From positions 212,740 through 276,739 of the forward strand of contig CAVQUI010000006.1 in NCBI GenBank assembly GCA_963716775.1: a stretch of DNA of 64,000 nt, written 5' to 3'. The DNA comes from an uncultured delta proteobacterium. GTDB taxonomy: Bacteria; Myxococcota_A; Polyangia; Polyangiales; Houyiibacteriaceae. Both the position numbers and the translations under genes were made by a program. Of this stretch, positions 61,371 through 64,000 are shown in pieces. The notes under the pieces are model-generated. The model was not told the origin of the DNA, did no database searches, and saw nothing but the letters and a program-made list of their open reading frames with translations. Every line of letters begins with the position of its first letter. The first letter of the stretch is position 1.

Positions 61371-62016
61371 TCATTCCGAAACAATACCGTTCCCGGTGAG
61401 AACGTACTCCACGCGACAGGGAAGCGAGAGGAACGGTCCGCCGACCGCGGCGACGGCTGGTGTACAGTCGGAGCCGGCCAGCGGAATGATCTCGGTAGAC
61501 TGCGTGCCGCTAAGAAGGGTCAGGGTCGGATCGATGCCTGCGTCGACGCCCCCATCGACGCCCGCATCGACGCCACCGTCGGCTTCGACTCCGGCATCGT
61601 CCGCGACTCCGCCGTCGTCTCCAACTCCGGCATCCACCGCGGTCTCAATCTCGGGGACGTCTACTTCGAACGTGAAGACGTCGCGCTGGGTGACCGAACA
61701 GCCGACGTAGCCGCGGAAACGATCGGGCTCGATCACCATCCAGCTCCGGCTCGTTTGAAACGTGTACGTGTCGTCTTTCTGGATACCGGCGAACGTCGAG
61801 CCGCCCCATTGGCGCCAGTACGCCCGACCGTTCGATTCACTTCGGAGGTCGAACTTCAGACTCAGTGGATCCGGGAGCAGGAATCGCTCGCCCGCAGCTC
61901 TGCTCGACCATCAGGCCAACAGCTTGGAAACTGCCTACCAGCTCCCCGGGGGGCTCTTCTTCCTGGCCCCAACATGCACAAGCGAAGACGAGCAAGCTGA
62001 GCGAAATCCACCGCAT
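61371..62016 (-). CDS. Lipoprotein of unknown function with a D/G/V-rich repeat; apparent frame disruption near 61873-61875
   Basis: The ATG at 62016 gives MRWISLSLLVFACACWGQ...GRAIPA (frame of ORF 61837..62202). This continues as DPLSLKFDLRSESNGRAYWRQWGG...DAGVGDDGGVADDAGVEADGGVDAGVDGGVDAGID... (frame of ORF 61371..61739). The junction is in a CCC run. Confidence 0.45.
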
Positions 62017-62120
62017 GGATCCGAGGTAGCGGTTCACGCACGGGGGAGTCAAAAAACGCGGGTGCGCCGCCCCCCCATCGGAGGATGGTTCGTCCCGTCG
62101 CGCCGCCCCCAGGCCATCCC

Positions 62121-62942
62121 CTAGAAACGGATCTCGTAGCCGCAGCGGTAGTTGACCGGGGTGGTCACGGGCTTGCCGTCCTTGTCCAACGGGGGCTTCC
62201 ATCGCTCGCCCTGCAAGGTCTTGATGCAGGCCGCGCCGAAGTCGTAGCCGCGGGGGTTTTCGGAGACGATTCGCATCTTGCTGGGCAAGCCGTTGGGTCC
62301 GATCAGCAGTCGGAGAACGGCATCGCCTTCGACGCCTTCTTGGCGAGCCTTCTTAGGATAGAGTTTTTCGAGCTTTTTCTTCAAACCAGGCGGAATCGGT
62401 TGCCTCGAGAGATCTCCCACATCGACGACCACGCCGATTCCAGTGCCGCCGAGGATGCCGCCGACGACCCCCTCGCGACTTCTGCCGGTAACCACCGCAT
62501 CGGGCTTTCCGATCGGTCCTTCGCGACTCTCGCCGGAACCGGGGTCCATCGCCCAGGACGACGGCTCGTCACCCTCGTTCGTGAGGACGATGTTGTCGAA
62601 CGCCACTGGGGTCTCCGGTGCGGCGGCAGGTGGCTCCTCGGGCTCCTTGGGCGGCTCCTTTGGGGCACGCCAAGTCTTGGGCTTGGGTGGCGGCTTCACG
62701 GGCTCGGGCTCCGCCGGCTCCTCGGGCTCCGGGGCTTGCTCCTGCACCGGCTCCTCGGGCTCGGGGGCGGGGGGGTCCTGCTCGACGATCGCGATCGCGA
62801 CTGCGTCGAGCGGCTCGTCTGCGCCCGGCCCTGAACCCACCTGCGGTGTCAGACCGAGAAAGGCGGCGTGCATCGCGACTGCCACTACGAGCCATGCCGT
62901 GTCGAGCGCCCACGGGGCCAGATTCTCGAGAGGGTTGGACAT
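62121..62942 (-). CDS. tonB: TonB-family energy transducer
   Basis: The 273-aa ORF has an N-terminal TM helix, a Pro/Glu/Lys-rich spacer (PEPEEPVQEQAPEPEEPAEPEPVKPPPKPK), and a TonB C-terminal-like domain (YPKKARQEGVEGDAVLRLLIGPNGLPSKMRIV). Confidence 0.75.
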   Translation of the reverse strand: MSNPLENLAPWALDTAWLVVAVAMHAAFLGLTPQVGSGPGADEPLDAVAIAIVEQDPPAPEPEEPVQEQAPEPEEPAEPEPVKPPPKPKTWRAPKEPPKEPEEPPAAAPETPVAFDNIVLTNEGDEPSSWAMDPGSGESREGPIGKPDAVVTGRSREGVVGGILGGTGIGVVVDVGDLSRQPIPPGLKKKLEKLYPKKARQEGVEGDAVLRLLIGPNGLPSKMRIVSENPRGYDFGAACIKTLQGERWKPPLDKDGKPVTTPVNYRCGYEIRF

Positions 62943-62962
62943 CGGATCGGCAGCAGCGCCGT

Positions 62963-63382
62963 TCAGCGTCCGATCTCCTCGGGACGGACGTTGATCGCGA
63001 ACTTGGTGATGCGCTCTTGGCGCAGAATGTCGATCACTTGAACGACCTTTGCATGGGCGATTCTGCCGTCGGCCGCGATCACGGCGCGAAGATCTTCGTC
63101 TCCCTCGCGCGCAGCCCGGACGCGGGTTCGAAGCTCATCGGCGGTAACGGGGATCGTGTCGAGGAAGAGGCCGCCGTTCTGATCGATCGATACGGCCAGG
63201 GTGGCAGGTGTCTGCTCGCCGGTTGCAGCCTTCGGAAGCTCCATCGGAATCGTCTTCGAAACGATGGCTGTCGCGGTGACCATCAAGATGATCAACAGGA
63301 CGAGCACAACGTCGACCAGGGGCGTTACGTTGATGTCTGTAATCAAGTCGTCGTCGTCGCCGGAGCGTGCGCCGCCAGCCAT
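62963..63382 (-). CDS. exbD: ExbD/TolR-family biopolymer transport protein
   Basis: The 139-aa ORF has DINVTPLVDVVLVLLIILMV followed by a periplasmic domain. Confidence 0.85.
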   Translation of the reverse strand: MAGGARSGDDDDLITDINVTPLVDVVLVLLIILMVTATAIVSKTIPMELPKAATGEQTPATLAVSIDQNGGLFLDTIPVTADELRTRVRAAREGDEDLRAVIAADGRIAHAKVVQVIDILRQERITKFAINVRPEEIGR

Positions 63383-63383
63383 C

Positions 63384-63992
63384 TTACTCGCTCCCCTTGC
63401 TGCGGTTCCCCTTGAGGTAGGCCATCAAGTCGCGGCCGAGCGCATCGGCCCAGGTGAGGCGATACCGAATCAAGCGCTGGAAGTAGTTGAAGAAGGCGAC
63501 TGCAGGCAAAGCGACGAGAAGGCCGATCGCGGTTGCGACCAGTGCTTCACCAACCTCGGTCATCAAGCCGCTGGTCACCTTGCCCGCGCTCTCGTCGAGC
63601 ACGTGGAACGCTTTGATGACACCGATGACGGTTCCAAGGAGACCGACGAAAGGGGCGTTGTTGCCCACGGTCCCGAGGAATCCGAGATTTCGCTCCATCT
63701 GCGTGCGGGCGACCGCCGTCTCGCCGGCGAGCCGTTCTTCGACCGCATCGGGACCGTCGTCGACCACCTCGATGCCAGAATGGACGATCTTGGCCTGGAA
63801 GGAACGCGACTGAGCCAGTCGGTCACGGGCACCGGTCACGTCGTTCTTCGCGAGGTGCAGACGCAGGTCTTCTTGAAGGGCTCGCACGTCATCGCGGGAG
63901 CTGAAGAAGTAGTACATGCGCTCGAAAATGATCGCCACGCCGATGATGGAGAGGAAAATCAGAAGCCACATGACCCAGGTCGCGCCGAGCAT
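63384..63992 (-). CDS. exbB: MotA/TolQ/ExbB-family proton channel (the N-terminus may extend past the window end)
   Basis: The 202-aa ORF has LGTVGNNAPFVGLLGTVIGVIKAF and EALVATAIGLLVALPAVAFFNYF. The frame is still open at the window edge. Confidence 0.8.
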   Translation of the reverse strand: MLGATWVMWLLIFLSIIGVAIIFERMYYFFSSRDDVRALQEDLRLHLAKNDVTGARDRLAQSRSFQAKIVHSGIEVVDDGPDAVEERLAGETAVARTQMERNLGFLGTVGNNAPFVGLLGTVIGVIKAFHVLDESAGKVTSGLMTEVGEALVATAIGLLVALPAVAFFNYFQRLIRYRLTWADALGRDLMAYLKGNRSKGSE

Positions 63993-64000
63993 GGCGAAGG

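Overview
This is a high-GC chromosomal core segment with about 60 genes on both strands. I saw no rRNA genes, CRISPR arrays, transposases, integrases or phage genes. The gene content (several Ser/Thr kinases, an FHA plus sigma-54 activator, many lipobox proteins, a TolQ/TolR/TonB module, frequent 4- or 8-nt start/stop overlaps) suggests a Myxococcota-like genome; that is inference only. Recognisable content:
- gcvT (cut by the window edge).
- A long minus-strand chain, mutL-miaA, followed by a five-gene envelope glycosylation-like module: AcpH-like, MprF-TM-like flippase, DUF2723 GT-C, hexapeptide acyltransferase, GT2.
- A Ser/Thr kinase overlapping mutS2, then lgt, eno, a degenerate biotin-carboxylase homolog, ybeY and an HU-like gene.
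- An L,D-transpeptidase and a TatT/DctP pair without a permease.
- The complete rimP-nusA-ylxR/L7Ae-infB-DUF503-rbfA-nrnA-truB operon.
- A di-heme peroxidase, a globin, tRNA-Cys and acnA.
- Sulfotransferase, methyltransferase and HAD genes; tatA; phaR.
- An ECF sigma/anti-sigma pair followed by a 553-aa coiled-coil protein.
- lexA preceded by an unknown gene and a large PQQ-propeller lipoprotein.
- crcB, ubiB-family kinase and lnt.
- A pectin-acetylesterase-like hydrolase with an ankyrin lipoprotein.
- glnB, psd with a methyltransferase, and an exbB-exbD-tonB-lipoprotein cluster.
Caveat: at least 11 to 13 single-nucleotide frame disruptions are visible, mostly in short G, C or T runs, and several fall in essential genes (infB, nusA, rbfA). 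They are therefore most likely assembly indels, and the ORF track splits those genes. The most interesting candidates are the polyprenyl-phosphate-type glycosylation module, the B-domain-less biotin carboxylase homolog, the permease-less TatT/TatP pair, the unknown gene linked to lexA, and an intrinsic terminator in the rimP-nusA leader.
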